Positions 52,373-64,000 of a stretch of 64,000 bases of DNA are shown one piece after another. The DNA is from Negaprion brevirostris (Eukaryota), in NCBI GenBank assembly GCA_030324005.1, contig JARDVH010000121.1, forward strand, positions 6,187,715 through 6,251,714. Direction: 5' to 3'. The notes below the pieces were generated by a model. It saw nothing but the letters and a program-made list of their open reading frames with translations. It had not been told where the DNA came from and ran no database searches. Made by a program: the position numbers and the translations under genes. Each line of letters opens with the position of its first letter. The stretch's first letter is position 1.

Positions 52373-52399
52373 CCAGGAGTCTGGAACGGGCATTAACTG
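52373..52399 (-). CDS. 27-nt microexon of the B30.2 gene (AVNARSRLL)
   Basis: poly-T...CCATCTCAG|CAG...CTGG|GTAAGT, phase 1-1; tandem CAGCAG acceptor. Confidence 0.65.
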
Positions 52400-54369
52400 C
52401 TGAGATGGACATCAATAGAAAAAAAAAAGTAATCTGTCAGTAACGAAATTGATGCAATTCAAACAAACAACATCTCAATTTATTCTCCTGTTCTCCTCGC
52501 TAATGTAGGACTTTCCGAGGGGCGTTCAGCAAATTAGATGAACCATACAGATTTCCATTTCCTTGAGCCCACACTTCCAATCTTGGGCTTGTGCATCTGC
52601 AAACATGGATGTTTGGTTCAAATAAAGTGTTGGTGGCAGCTAATATATACCATTAGAGTTTCAGCTGCGTTTGATAGTGTAGATCTAATTGAACATAAGA
52701 GGTTCTTTGTTGCACTCCAATTTGTTGTTTTCCACTTGCTAAGTATTGTCCCAGAGCGAACGTTGAAGACTGGGATTTTGCAATGTCCTGGCCTATGGTT
52801 TGAGGACCATGGGGCAGTGGCTGCAGAGGTGAAGTGGTGGAAATGTCATTGTCTAAGGTTCTCCAAGCATAGAATATGGAGAAACGTCTCATTCTGCATA
52901 ACCCATTGCCACTGTCTGCCCGATATGAATTATATGTTGTAAATTGCCAGGAGTTTTACAATTGCAATGCAGGCAATCCAGCATGATATACTTTCCACAG
53001 CTGAATTTAATTACACTTTCTTTGATCTGCCATTTCCATTCCACTGCCGTCCAGCTGCGTTCCAGGCACACATTTTAAACTGCATATGCCAACGGTTTTA
53101 ATATTGGAAATGGGGTCTACTCCCGTATTGCAGTATATAATGTCCCAGCGTCTCAACACGAGGTTCCGGCTTTGGATTATTACAACGGGATGGGGATCAA
53201 GAAGGTGCCTTTGCAACGTTGGAGACACTCCTCGTCTAGAATTATTAGCTATGGTAACAGCCGAAACATTGTCATGGTGCTCGCTTAGTTATGTCAGAGA
53301 ATTGGGATCCAAGAGTCATTCTTGGAGACAAGCACGTTTTTGTAACCCACATGATGAGGGGAAATAAATGGAAAGACATAACGTCCAGTTGTTCAGGAGT
53401 CCAGGACGAACGCATTTGAACATGAGTTATATTGTATCAACACCAGCGGGAACTCAGAAGAAAGGATTTACAGAAGATGGCCAGAATGTGCAATGCGTTA
53501 CCCTATGAAGCATTGGGAGATTTTTTTCGCACGTTTGAGAGAAAAAAAATAACACGTTTAGAAACATACGGGGATTATGGTATGGTATTGAGATTGGTGA
53601 GATGCAAATGATTGTCTGGAAGTTCGTGTAGAGTATGTGACAGTGAGCAAGTTAATGTTTCCGTCAGGAGTGAAAACGGAATACATTGTCTCATGCAGTT
53701 TTGAGGATGCGATCCTCAAGGCAATTTAGGGCTGATTTGCAGCGAAGGCCAGTCATTGAAAACAAGCTGTGTCCACTCAGTTATCTGTGGTACTCCTTGC
53801 CCGTGTCTCTCTCCCATTTAAGTCAGTGCAACTTCATTTTGCCATTCGCTGAAGTGGGCGGCAAAAACACAATTAGTCCGTCTCTCACAGTTGTGACTCA
53901 GGACTCTTGAATCCGAAGTTCATCGACGATGCATTTTGTTGAATGTCAGTAATTTCTGCGTCATATGATTGGCATGCAGGTGTCTTCTCACTGTTCCTCC
54001 ATTAGCACACCATTACTCACGCAGTGACTCAGTCACTCACTAACACATTCTGACAATTCAGTTGGTTCCTTTAATAAGATTTATTGGACAAGGCTCCGAT
54101 TGAGTGTTATAAGACATACCAGAACCTATCCTCAATCCAACTATATTCTGGTTCCCTGACTGGGGTTTACATCTTCAGGGACTATTACAGCAATTTTACA
54201 GGAGCAACCCACTAGTATCGTTTAACATCACTGCGTTTTTGTTGGGGGAATCTCAAATTTTGGAAGATAAAGGGAAGAAAACCTCCACAAAACATATCCT
54301 TCTTAATTGCCATAGATTCCGATTAATTAAACTATGATTATAGATCATAGAGTCATCAGATATCTTATT

Positions 54370-54627
54370 GCTATTGGCGTCACATGTCGGCTTACATTAG
54401 CACTGCAATTAAGTTACTGTGAAACTCCCCTATGCGCCCAACCCTGGCGCCTGTCTGGGTGCAGAAAGAGAAATTTGGCATGGACAATGCACCTAACCAG
54501 CACGTCTTTAGGATTGTGAGACGAAACTGGAACACCTGGATGGAAAGCACAGAGACACGTATTGAACATGCTGACTTCACATAGACAGTAACCCAAGCCG
54601 ATTATCCAACCTGGTCCGTGGACTGTG
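54370..54627 (-). mobile_element. V-SINE split by the Penelope insertion (5' head resumes at 56273-56310)
   Basis: Same body as 20440-20710; continues as CTACTGTATCGCCATGCCGCC after the Penelope. Confidence 0.7.
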
Positions 54628-56272
54628 ATGATGTAGAGATGCCGGCGTTGGACTGGGATAAACACAGTAAGAAGCCTCATAACGCCAGGTTAAAGTTCAA
54701 CAAGTTTATTTGGCAGCAAATACCAGTCGCTTTCGGAGTGCTGCTCCTTCGTCAGGTGAGTGGGGAGTTCTGATCACAAAAAGGGCATAAGTACGCACAC
54801 ACTCAGTTTACAGAATACGGATAAGTGTATCTTCAAGCATAGGCTCGAACAAGATTTCTTCACTGCACAGGACCGTCAACCGATGCTTTACACTAGATAT
54901 ATCGATGATATTTTCTTCCTTTGGACTCATGGTGAACAATCACTTAAAAAACTGTATGACGACATCAACAAGTTCCATCCCACCATCAGACTCACCATGG
55001 ACTACTCTCTGGAATCCGTTGCATTCTTGGACACACGCATCTCCATTAAGGACGGTAACTTCAGCATCTCACTGTACCACCAGTCCACGGATAACCTCAC
55101 GATGCTCCACTTCTCCAGCTTCCACCCTAAACACATTAAAGAAACTATCCCCTATGGACAAGCCCTCCATATACACAGGATCTGCTCAGATGAGGAGGAT
55201 TACAATAGACATCTCCAGAAGATGAAAGATGCTATCATAAGAGCAAGGTATGGCATTCCACTAATCAATCGACAGTTCCGACGTGTCACATCGAAAAACC
55301 GCACTGATCTCCTCAGAAGACAAACATGGGACACAGTGGACAGAGTACCCTTCGTCACCCAGTACTTCCCCGTAACTGAGAAGCCACGACATCTTCTCTG
55401 GAGTCTTCAAAATGTCATTGATGAAGACGAACATCTCGTCAAGACCATCCTGACACCCCACTTTTTGCCTTCGAACAACCACACAACCTCAAACAGAACA
55501 CCGTCCACAGCAAACCACCCAGCCTTCAGGCGAACACCACGACACCACACAACTGTGTCACAGCAACCTCTGCAAGACATGCCAGATCATCGACACGGAT
55601 GCCATCATCTCATATGAGAATACCATCCATGAGCTACACGGCACATAGTCTTGCAACTCGGCCAACGTTGTCCACCTGATACGCTGCAGGAAAGGATGTC
55701 CCAAGGCATGTTAAACTGGGGAGACCATGCAGACGCTACGACACGGATGAATGAACACTGATCGACAATCACCTGGCAAGATTATTCTCTTCCTGTTGGC
55801 GAACACTTCAGCAGTCACGGGCCTTCGGCCTCTGATCTTCGGGTAAACGTTCTCTAAGGCGGCCTTCACAACACACGATAACGCAGAGTTGCTGAGCAGA
55901 AACTGATAGCCAAGCTCCACACATGAGGACGGCCTTAAGCGGGATCTTGGGTTCATGTCACATTATTTGTAACACCCATAACTTGCCTGGGCTTGAACAT
56001 CTCACTTCCTGTCCTGCCTGGAGACAATACACAACACTTTAACCTAAGCTTAATGCTATCTCCACTCACATTGTCTGCACCTTAAGACTTGACGAGCTAT
56101 AAGGACTCACATTCTAATCAGTATTTTGTAAACTGAGTGTGTGCCTTTATATGTCCTCTTTGTGACCAGAACTCCCCACTCACCTGACGAAGGAGCAGCG
56201 CTCTGAAAGCTAGTGGCGTTTGCTTTCAAATAAACCTGATAAACTTTAACCTGGTGTTGTGAGTATTCTTAT
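54628..56272 (+). mobile_element. Penelope-like retroelement (5'-truncated RT and GIY-YIG endonuclease) with inverted pseudo-LTRs
   Basis: YTRYIDDIFFLW, VAFLDT, FHPKHIKETIPYGQALHIHRICS; downstream CNSANVVHLIRC...GETMQTLRHG GIY-YIG remnant; 54665-54790 is an inverted copy of 56150-56272; 11-bp flanking repeat CG(T/C)GGACTGTG. Confidence 0.93.
56181..56215 (+). ncRNA. minimal hammerhead ribozyme motif in the Penelope pLTR (inverted copy near 54725-54760)
   Basis: CAC-CTGACGA-A-GGAGC AGC GCTCT-GAAA-GC-TA-GTG: conserved core, stem II, palindromic stem III, CAC/GTG stem I. Confidence 0.7.
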
Positions 56273-57382
56273 CGCGGACTGTGCCAACTACTGTATCGCC
56301 ATGCCGCCTGGTTATATGAGCATCAATTAGGAGTGAGAACATTGAATCAAAGGATAAAGAACATTAATGTGTCGACGACTGAAAATAATTGTGAAAAGCA
56401 GCCATCACTCAAGTCAGATAGATCGTGTCCATTTTAGGAAACTCAAAATCAGTTCTGCTCAGTTGTGAACTCCTTACCGAGCAATGGTTAACCCAAGAGC
56501 GGCTTTTCTCATGTTGTTGGACGCTTCAAGTCCCACTGGATATCTGGACGTGAAACTGGGAAATTTCCCGTGCGCACTCTTCCACTGTGTCTCTGTGGGC
56601 AATAAGTCAATAAAGGTCCCAAGTACCCATTCTCATATTGCCGCTGTTTCAAAATTCACTCTGATAATACATCATTGAATGTACTTGCGTAATAGACGTT
56701 GTTCCAAGATGCTATTGCATCAGCAAGCTCGTATTAGCACCCGACCCTCACACAACTCTGTGCGACTTCCAGGGTTTTTATCCAGCAGCATTAATTGGAC
56801 GGCGATCTTATGCCAATCTTTGAATGGCTTGGCGGGCAACTTGGAGATGATTTTTTTCCCCCCTAGGTACCTGGTGCTTTTGCCCTCCTAGATACGAGTG
56901 CCCTGGATTTGGACGGCATTGTCTAATACTGCCTGATGTCTTATTACCGTGCATCGTGCAGGTATGCACAATTCTGTCATTATGCACTGGTGGTGACGGC
57001 AGTGAATATTTATGGATAGGTTTCGAATCAAACGGCTATCTTTCTCCTGGACTGTTTCGAGCTTATGGGTATCCTTGGAGTTGCAGTCATCCATCCAATA
57101 ACAGAGAATTCCAGAAAACGCTTTGCACATTGTGGACGGGCGTTTGGGTGTCAAAACGTAAGTTATTTGCAACAGTACTCAGCTTTGCTCTGGCATTGAC
57201 AACAGATAAGTGGTTTGTATAGTTAAGTTTCTTATTAATTGAAAGGGCCAGGATTTTGAAACGATTCTAATGTATGATGATCAGTACTTTGCTTGTTTAA
57301 TGATGGGGCATGCTCGAGAAGCTGACTTGTTTGATCCTCTTCTTCACTTAACTCTGTGTTTTACTGATCATCTTAAACTAAC

Positions 57383-57418
57383 CTTTATTTTTGCCCGCGT
57401 ACTTCAGCTTCTGGAGTT
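57383..57418 (-). CDS. 36-nt microexon of the B30.2 gene (QLQKLKYAGKNK)
   Basis: TTTCTCCACTAG|AACTC...AAAG|GTTAGT, phase 1-1. Confidence 0.65.
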
Positions 57419-58149
57419 CTAGTGGAGAAACCACAGACAAATTACTAGGTGCCGGTGTACAGCAGATTAGATTAACTATTCTGTCCTATACTTCATATAA
57501 AATTAAAGTTTAGTCTTTGAAAAAGAAATGCATCAGCCGTTTTTTGTTTAATTACCCAAGATTGTTTCTTCCAAATCTTTTTCTAAAGGAGGAAGAACAA
57601 AATTTCATTCGACCTGCACTGTAAGTATTAATTATTTGCTCGTCGTGCCTGACAGCTAATCAAAAAATAAACAAACAGAACTTGTAACCTGATGCAGGAC
57701 CAAATTTGCACAAAATATGAATTAGGTGTAACTTAAAGCTTTTTGAGCGTTTTTTTGGTTATCTGAATGTCTTGGATAGATAGCCAGAGACAAAATATAC
57801 AGATCTTGAAACCAAATGTCTTGATGAAAAACGTTTCGAACGCTCTGTAGTAGTCAGGGTGATACACATGAGACAAAATTAGGGAACTACGTACATCTTT
57901 CTGATTTTCATGCAGATTGGGTAAAACATATTAAACACAGAAGCACATTCTCCTCTCAATATTAGAGTCATAGATTTCGATACCTCCACGTAGAGTGTTC
58001 TGGTGAATTAGCTAACATTTAGTGCACTGTACCCAGGTTTGTCCTCCATTTTACCCTGACAAATCAATCCCTGGAATTTTAGAATACCTCACAACGTTCG
58101 CCATTTATATTATGTACAAATTGTGTCACCCAGACACGTAAGCTAAACT

Positions 58150-58340
58150 GGAGTCAGGTCATTGAATGTCTTTAAGACAGAGATAGCTAGGTTCTTGATC
58201 AATAAGGGGATCAGGGATTATGGTGATAAGACAGGAGAATGAGGATGAGAAAAAAAGAAACAGTCATGATTGAATGGCAGAGCAGACTCGATGGGCCGAG
58301 TGGTCTAATTCTGCTCCTATGTATTATTGTTTTATAGCCT
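58150..58340 (+). mobile_element. CR1 3' end
   Basis: TTTAAGACAGAGATAG.TAGGTTCTTGAT...GAATGGCAGAGCAGACTCGATGGGCCGA. Confidence 0.85.
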
Positions 58341-58966
58341 TACGGAAAAGCTGCACACAATTCTTCTCTGGGCACAACTGGCTTAATTCTGCTCTCATTA
58401 CCATGGACAATGTTGATGCCTGCATGTATTGCTGAAAGGGCATGTGGATGTGTGCAAACAGATATGGGCTGAAACTCACAATTTGTGACTCGAGGCGTCA
58501 ATGAGTGCGCCAAATCAGTTTAAAATAACAATATCTAAATGAAGCGAGTGGCAGCACTAACGTGCAAGAGGCTGTTCGCCATGGAAAACTGATTGAAACA
58601 TGTTGCTTCTTCGCATTAAATGTTGTTTTGCGCTGTCAGTTCCAAAGGATTATGATTATCTATAGAACAATATACTCAGAGCAGATGTCTTCCCGCGGTG
58701 TAACAATAAAACTATGTTCACCCAAATGATGTAACAAGCTAGGTAAAGCGGCAGATACCCGCCCCGCTACCCACTGCCCCCCCCAAAAAAACAGTGAAAC
58801 AGGTCGGCTTGATCAATGATAAACACTGGTTCCATGCTCACTATCAGTGTGGCAGATTTCACCTTCAAAACGTAACAATTTACTTGAAATCGCTGGACGT
58901 CTGGAATCCTCGTCCAGTGATAATATCAAGTCCACCCCTCCCGCTATTCCGACACGCGTTACTTAC

Positions 58967-58993
58967 GGCACTTTGCATTGATGTTTTCAAGTT
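58967..58993 (-). CDS. 27-nt microexon of the B30.2 gene (ELENINAKC)
   Basis: TTCTACATGTAG|AACTT...TGCC|GTAAGT, phase 1-1. Confidence 0.65.
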
Positions 58994-59529
58994 CTACATG
59001 TAGAATGCAAATTTGAAATTACGGTCAAATTGTACTGGCTGCTAATGCGATTATAGCACATACTGTTGATATGCGGACCCTCACAGCTTAATTAAGTGAA
59101 GGTGCAACACGTCAGTGGCATTTATAACTTAAGACTCCCCAGGTAACATCTGGATGCCTTTCTCTAAAGTTGTGCTGTTATAACTGCACGTCATGCTACA
59201 ATAGTGGTATCAAATGATCGATTGACACAACTTTTCTAATTGTGTTCCAGCCTCCCTTATTTGTACGACATCTGCAGCTCTGACAGGTCGCAGTTCCCGT
59301 CCGAACTTTTCACTCATTGTTCGCTTGTACTCAATGCTCCACACTGCCATCTTAATGACATTCAAAATGTCATTGCCTCCCTACTTTCCATGTTGTTACG
59401 TGGCTCCAGCATTGATACCTTCGACTTTACTCTGAAATCTGCGGTGACTTCAAGATCTGACATCCAGTGCATGTTAACTTTCTTTCATACTACATTCCGA
59501 GGTGCATTATTTCCAAACTGGACATGTGT

Positions 59530-59840
59530 CATGGCACAGTGACACAGTGGTTAGCACTTTTACCTCACAGCTCCAGGGATTTGGGTTTGATTCCTGGCTT
59601 GGATCACTGTCTGTGTGGAGTTTGCACGTTCTCCCCCTGTCTAAATGGGTATCTGTCGGTTTCCTCTCACAGTCCAAAGATATGCGGGCTAGGTGCATTG
59701 GCCATGATCCTGGGATGCATAGGTTAGAGGGATAACTATGTGGGGTTACAGGGATACGGCCTAAGTGGGATTGTTGTCGGTGGAGGCCCTGACGGCTGAA
59801 TTACCTCCTCCTGCACTGTAGGGATTCGATATCTATATCC
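59530..59840 (+). mobile_element. HE1-like V-SINE
   Basis: GGCACAGTGACACAGTGGTTAGCAC...GGTTTGATTCC...GGAGTTTGCACGTTCTCCCC. Confidence 0.85.
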
Positions 59841-61134
59841 ATGTTTAAAGGGACCATAACACTCTATGTGGATTCCTTTCAAAAATTTGCCAGAGTGCGT
59901 TCACAAAGAAGGCTTCTAATATTTATTGCTATTTTTCTAAAATGCGTACCAATCTCAATGCAATGCAAGGCTGAAACCTTGGGCTGGTTATTTCTCTTTA
60001 CCTGACAATGGGAAATCTCAAGATTGGGGAAATACGTGTTTGTGAGACAGAGACACATCAGATTTATCCAGAAGAAAATTGTGAAAAAAATTCCCGTTGG
60101 AAACTGGCCACTCACGGGGGATATTTGCAGGAAAATGAATTATTTGCAGCATTCTAAGATTATCAGAAGTAATAATTACTGGCACTGTTTGAATCCAGAT
60201 ATAAGTAAGCATTTTTAAAACTCCACAAGCCAAATAATGTAAACATACAAATAGACTTGTCTTAGGACAATTTGGGATTGCTGATCACAATCTTGGAGCA
60301 CTGCAGACAAATGCATAGCATGCACTACAAAAATGTTTTTTTTCCAAGGTGTTGCTTAATGTGTGCATTTTAAATACAACAAATTATCACCACTTAAGAA
60401 GCAATGCAAAGAATGTTGGCTTATCTTTGATGAATGAGGCATACTTCTTGCTCTGGAACCTGCCTTGTGCGGCTGTCCTCTGCTCTGGCCTTAGGATTCA
60501 TTTTACAATCTTCATAAAAATGCAGACAGTGTGATTAAAGGGGTGTCTCAAGGAACTATTAAGACTCCTTAATATATTTCATACTTGGGCAGTCTGAATG
60601 TGATGCCTAATGAACAATTCTCCACACCACAAAATTGCCCTTGAATCCACTTCAATTAATACTCGTTCTGCAATCTCCCTCAGAGACCTCAGTGATGGAC
60701 AACACTGGAAACTAATCGGTCACATTGGTGCAACTGGAGGTTGCGGTTGAAATACACTGATAGGAAAATGGAAAGAGTCCTTTATTTTGCTGACACTATG
60801 CTTCACCTGAAAGTACCTCATGTTCTGCTTCCTGAAGAGTAATCCATTATCCCAAGGATCAGAAAAAGGTCATCCTTTTCTCAAACTACGGTCTCTCGTG
60901 TAGAAGATTCTATCTCTACAGACCGTGAAAGTTTAAGTGTTTTGCATTCAACGAAAGAAAAATATCTTTAAAAGGAATTCTTTGTCGGGTCATTTCTCCA
61001 TGAAAGAGCATTCTACATGATTTCACGTGAATTTTCACACTAGAGAACTTATAGAGATAGAAACAGCGTGAATTTTATTTCACATTGTGAACACTTAATC
61101 TGCAGAATTGTCTCTTACTTTTTTCTACTTCATT

Positions 61135-61378
61135 GACATTATCCCTGTAAACCTAGTTATTTATCCTTATATTCCCCCTAATCTACACATCTAGGGGCAC
61201 AGAGGGGCAATTTAGCATGGCCAATTCACCTAACTTGCACATCTTTGGACTGTAGGGGGAAACTGGAACATGCAGACATAGGTAGGATGTGCAAACTCCA
61301 CACAGGCAGTTACCCAGAATTGAACTTGATCCCTAGTGCTGTGAGGGAGCAGTGCTAAGTACTGTGCCACCCTTGCCA
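61135..61378 (-). mobile_element. V-SINE
   Basis: GGGGCAATTTAGCATGGCCAATTCACCTAAC...TGCAAACTCCACAC...ACTGTGCCACC. Confidence 0.85.
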
Positions 61379-62497
61379 CTCTAATTCTTAGGAGACATGG
61401 GTTCAAAACCCAAGTACATCAGTATCAATTGAATTCAATTAATAAATCTGGAATATAAAATCAGTCTCAGTAATTCACAGTGCAGAAAGAGGCCATTTAG
61501 CCCGTTGAATCTGCACTGACTCTCTGAAAAAGTACCTTACCCAGGTCCACCCCATGCCCTATCCCCTTAACCACACGCATTTACACTATGGATACTAATT
61601 TGAAAGAGGGGTTTAAGTCTATAAGAGAAATGTTGCTTGATTGGAATGTATAGTGACAGATTAGCAGTTGAGAAGTGCATCTTGCCATGTTCAAGTATTG
61701 TTCAATTGTTAAAAGTTAAGCTAATTCATTTGTTACAGTTAAACTGTATTGTTAAATAAAGTTTGTTTTGATANNNNNNNNNNNNNNNNNNNNNNNNNNN
61801 NNNNNNNNNNNNNNNNNNNNNNNNNNNNNNNNNNNNNNNNNNNNNNNNNNNNNNNNNNNNNNNNNNNNNNNNNCAAACGTATGGATCAATAAGAATTAGC
61901 ATGATGGATAATTGTGTCGTCTGGAGGAGACGAATTTGCGAATAAATAATGCTCGATAGACTCAAGTAGGTGATTCCATTCACAGTGTATGATGGGCCAA
62001 CGAAGCAAGCTGTGGATTGAATTTGATCGCTGGAGTCGTCTCAAGCCAGAGGTATTGTTAGGTGTGTTTTTTTTTGTGTGTGTGTTTCTGGAGTACCAAG
62101 TTTTGTGTAACGCATTTCAAGTGATGCTAGAGCATTTTACTCTTCAGGGAAATTGTCTGTACCTATATACTTCACTGTGATATTTCCCGCAATTTCTGTC
62201 CACAAATGAATGTTGCTTGTGTCTTTTTTTCTACTCAAATCAAAAGCGGTCAAAGTCTAACTCTGAGATTTGTAATAACGGATGAAGTGATAAATATGAT
62301 TTTGGAAAACTGTATTACATGCCGTGTAGAGTTTGGTGTTCTGAACTCTATAAATCTTTCAGTTCCTTTAAGCTGCTTGTACGTTTACACAAAATCCAGT
62401 ATCATTCAAGCTTTCAGGTAATTAAACAAATCATTTTGCGTCAACGCATTCAATAGAAAATAAGAGGAAATGATAAATATACTTTGTGGAATCTTAC

Positions 62498-62524
62498 CAA
62501 TCGTTTTTTGTCGTAACTGTTCCT
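62498..62524 (-). CDS. 27-nt microexon of the B30.2 gene (EEQLRQKTI)
   Basis: CTTCCTACTCTTATAG|AGG...ATTG|GTAAGA, phase 1-1. Confidence 0.7.
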
Positions 62525-62824
62525 CTATAAGAGTAGGAAGACTTTTCATTGTTTGTTGGAAACGAATCAGAGAGATTCAACGTCCAAATCCAAATTTACT
62601 GTGACAGTGCATGACCCTGCATGCTGTTACTTTATAATTCTGAAGTATACTACTTCTATGCTTTCAGGCAATTCAAGGTCAATAGATATCCCACCTGAAA
62701 TGAGGATAAAATTTCATGATTTTCCCAATTGCATCAATAGAAAAATGACATTTTATAGGCTAAGAAGACATAATTTTGAGTCACAGGACGATCCCATACT
62801 TAAAAGGAATAAAATCGGATAGAT

Positions 62825-62968
62825 TTGGGACCTTGTCAAACGCCTTCTGAAAATCAAGAAAGACCACATCCACCGGCTGTCCTCTATCCATCGCCCGAGA
62901 CACATCCTCATAGAACTCCAATAAATTTGTCAGACACGACTTCCCCTTAACGAAACCGTGCTGCGTCT
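62825..62968 (-). mobile_element. young CR1 RT fragment
   Basis: TQHGFVKGKSCLTNLLEFYEDVSRAMDRGQPVDVVFLDFQKAFDKVP, intact with CpGs retained. Confidence 0.92.
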
Positions 62969-63068
62969 NNNNNNNNNNNNNNNNNNNNNNNNNNNNNNNN
63001 NNNNNNNNNNNNNNNNNNNNNNNNNNNNNNNNNNNNNNNNNNNNNNNNNNNNNNNNNNNNNNNNNNNN

Positions 63069-63145
63069 TCTTATTGAATAGCGGGGCAGGCTCGAAGGGC
63101 TGGATGGCCTACTCCTGCTCCTATTTCTTATGTTCTTATGTTCTT
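63069..63145 (+). mobile_element. young CR1 3' end
   Basis: Nearly identical to 1-75. Confidence 0.85.
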
Positions 63146-63852
63146 GTGATTGATACAACTTTAAAAAACATTGGGTATGGACTCGAATTGATTTATGGTA
63201 CGTCCGCAATGGATTGAATCATGCGGCTCTGAGAATGGAATATAATTGTTCTAAACGGCCGTCATTTAGCAGTGAGTTTTCTGACGAAACCTCGACAAAA
63301 CCATTCTTAGACGTCAAGTTTTACATTGGAATGTACCTGCAATTGCCTTTGAAAACACATATCGTCAGGCTCGGACTACTTTACCATTCCGTGGTGTTTT
63401 CAGCATTGCTCAGCTACGTTCCAAGTGCTCGAATTGATTACTTAACAGCCAACTCAAATTACAAACCAAACCTGTCAATCCATGCGCAATTAATCGATCA
63501 ACTTTTTGGTTAGCTGAAAAATTTAGGAACCATTTTTGTGAAGTATGCTTCCTGACATCATCCTTGAGCAAACTTATTGAATTCTTAACTTCCCAAATTC
63601 GCGTTTTGACTCCACATGTAACAATATTTCTTCAACTGCTGGAGAAAATATTTTATCAAATGCACGCTTATATTCAGCATTCAAAGCAACACAATAGAGC
63701 CATATTCAGTCGCTGCTGCTCATTTCAACCTTCATTTGGATGATTCCCAATTGCACTTAAGGGAAGCCTCCTGGATTTGTGTTGTCTAGAAATACATTAG
63801 AAATGTTCAAAACGTACTTAGCGACAGTATGCTAGACATTCGGTTTACATAC

Positions 63853-63876
63853 CTGTTTTACTATTTGAGCTTTCGC
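63853..63876 (-). CDS. 24-nt microexon of the B30.2 gene (xESSNSKT)
   Basis: CTTTTGCCACTTTCAG|GCG...ACAG|GTATGT, phase 1-1. Confidence 0.6.
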
Positions 63877-64000
63877 CTGAAAGTGGCAAAAGCAGGCCAA
63901 TGAAATCCAAATAAATTATTCACTTCGCAAGACGACAGTTGGCATTTTTTTTAACAGTGACTGTGATAATTGAAATAAAAGGGTTACGACACTCTGTATT

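Noticed and set aside
56478-56543. Candidate exon or leader MRKAALGLTIAR ending in CG|GTAAGG inside the B30.2 gene
   Set aside because: Ends in phase 2; the phase-1 reading contains TGA, so it is incompatible with the microexon chain

Overview
Eukaryotic, repeat-rich vertebrate DNA with many N gaps. The CR1/HER1-type LINE tails, HE1/V-domain tRNA-SINEs, Penelope element and two-exon GPR139-like receptor point to a cartilaginous fish (shark/ray); this is inference. Two host genes can be supported. (1) An intact two-exon GPR139-like class A GPCR (+, 15429-15603 joined to 17279-18177, 357 aa). (2) The 3' part of a minus-strand B30.2/PRY-SPRY gene. Its terminal exon (41005-40491) is preceded by seven phase-1 microexons of 24/27/27/36/27/36/27 nt spread over about 22 kb, none annotated as such in the ORF track; they splice into an open, coiled-coil-like stalk, and the 5' end lies beyond the window. 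The rest is mobile DNA: a decayed class-I-like endogenous retrovirus (gag/pol/env) whose integrase is split by an 826-bp TIR element; a second LTR element with a tRNA-Arg-like PBS and a coiled-coil gag-like ORF; a Penelope element with inverted pseudo-LTRs carrying hammerhead-ribozyme motifs; many CR1 LINEs and SINEs; and minisatellites. An orphan CCAAT/NRF1-type promoter-like island sits next to a pre-miRNA-like hairpin at about 36.4-36.8 kb. All calls were made by eye; no database searches were run.
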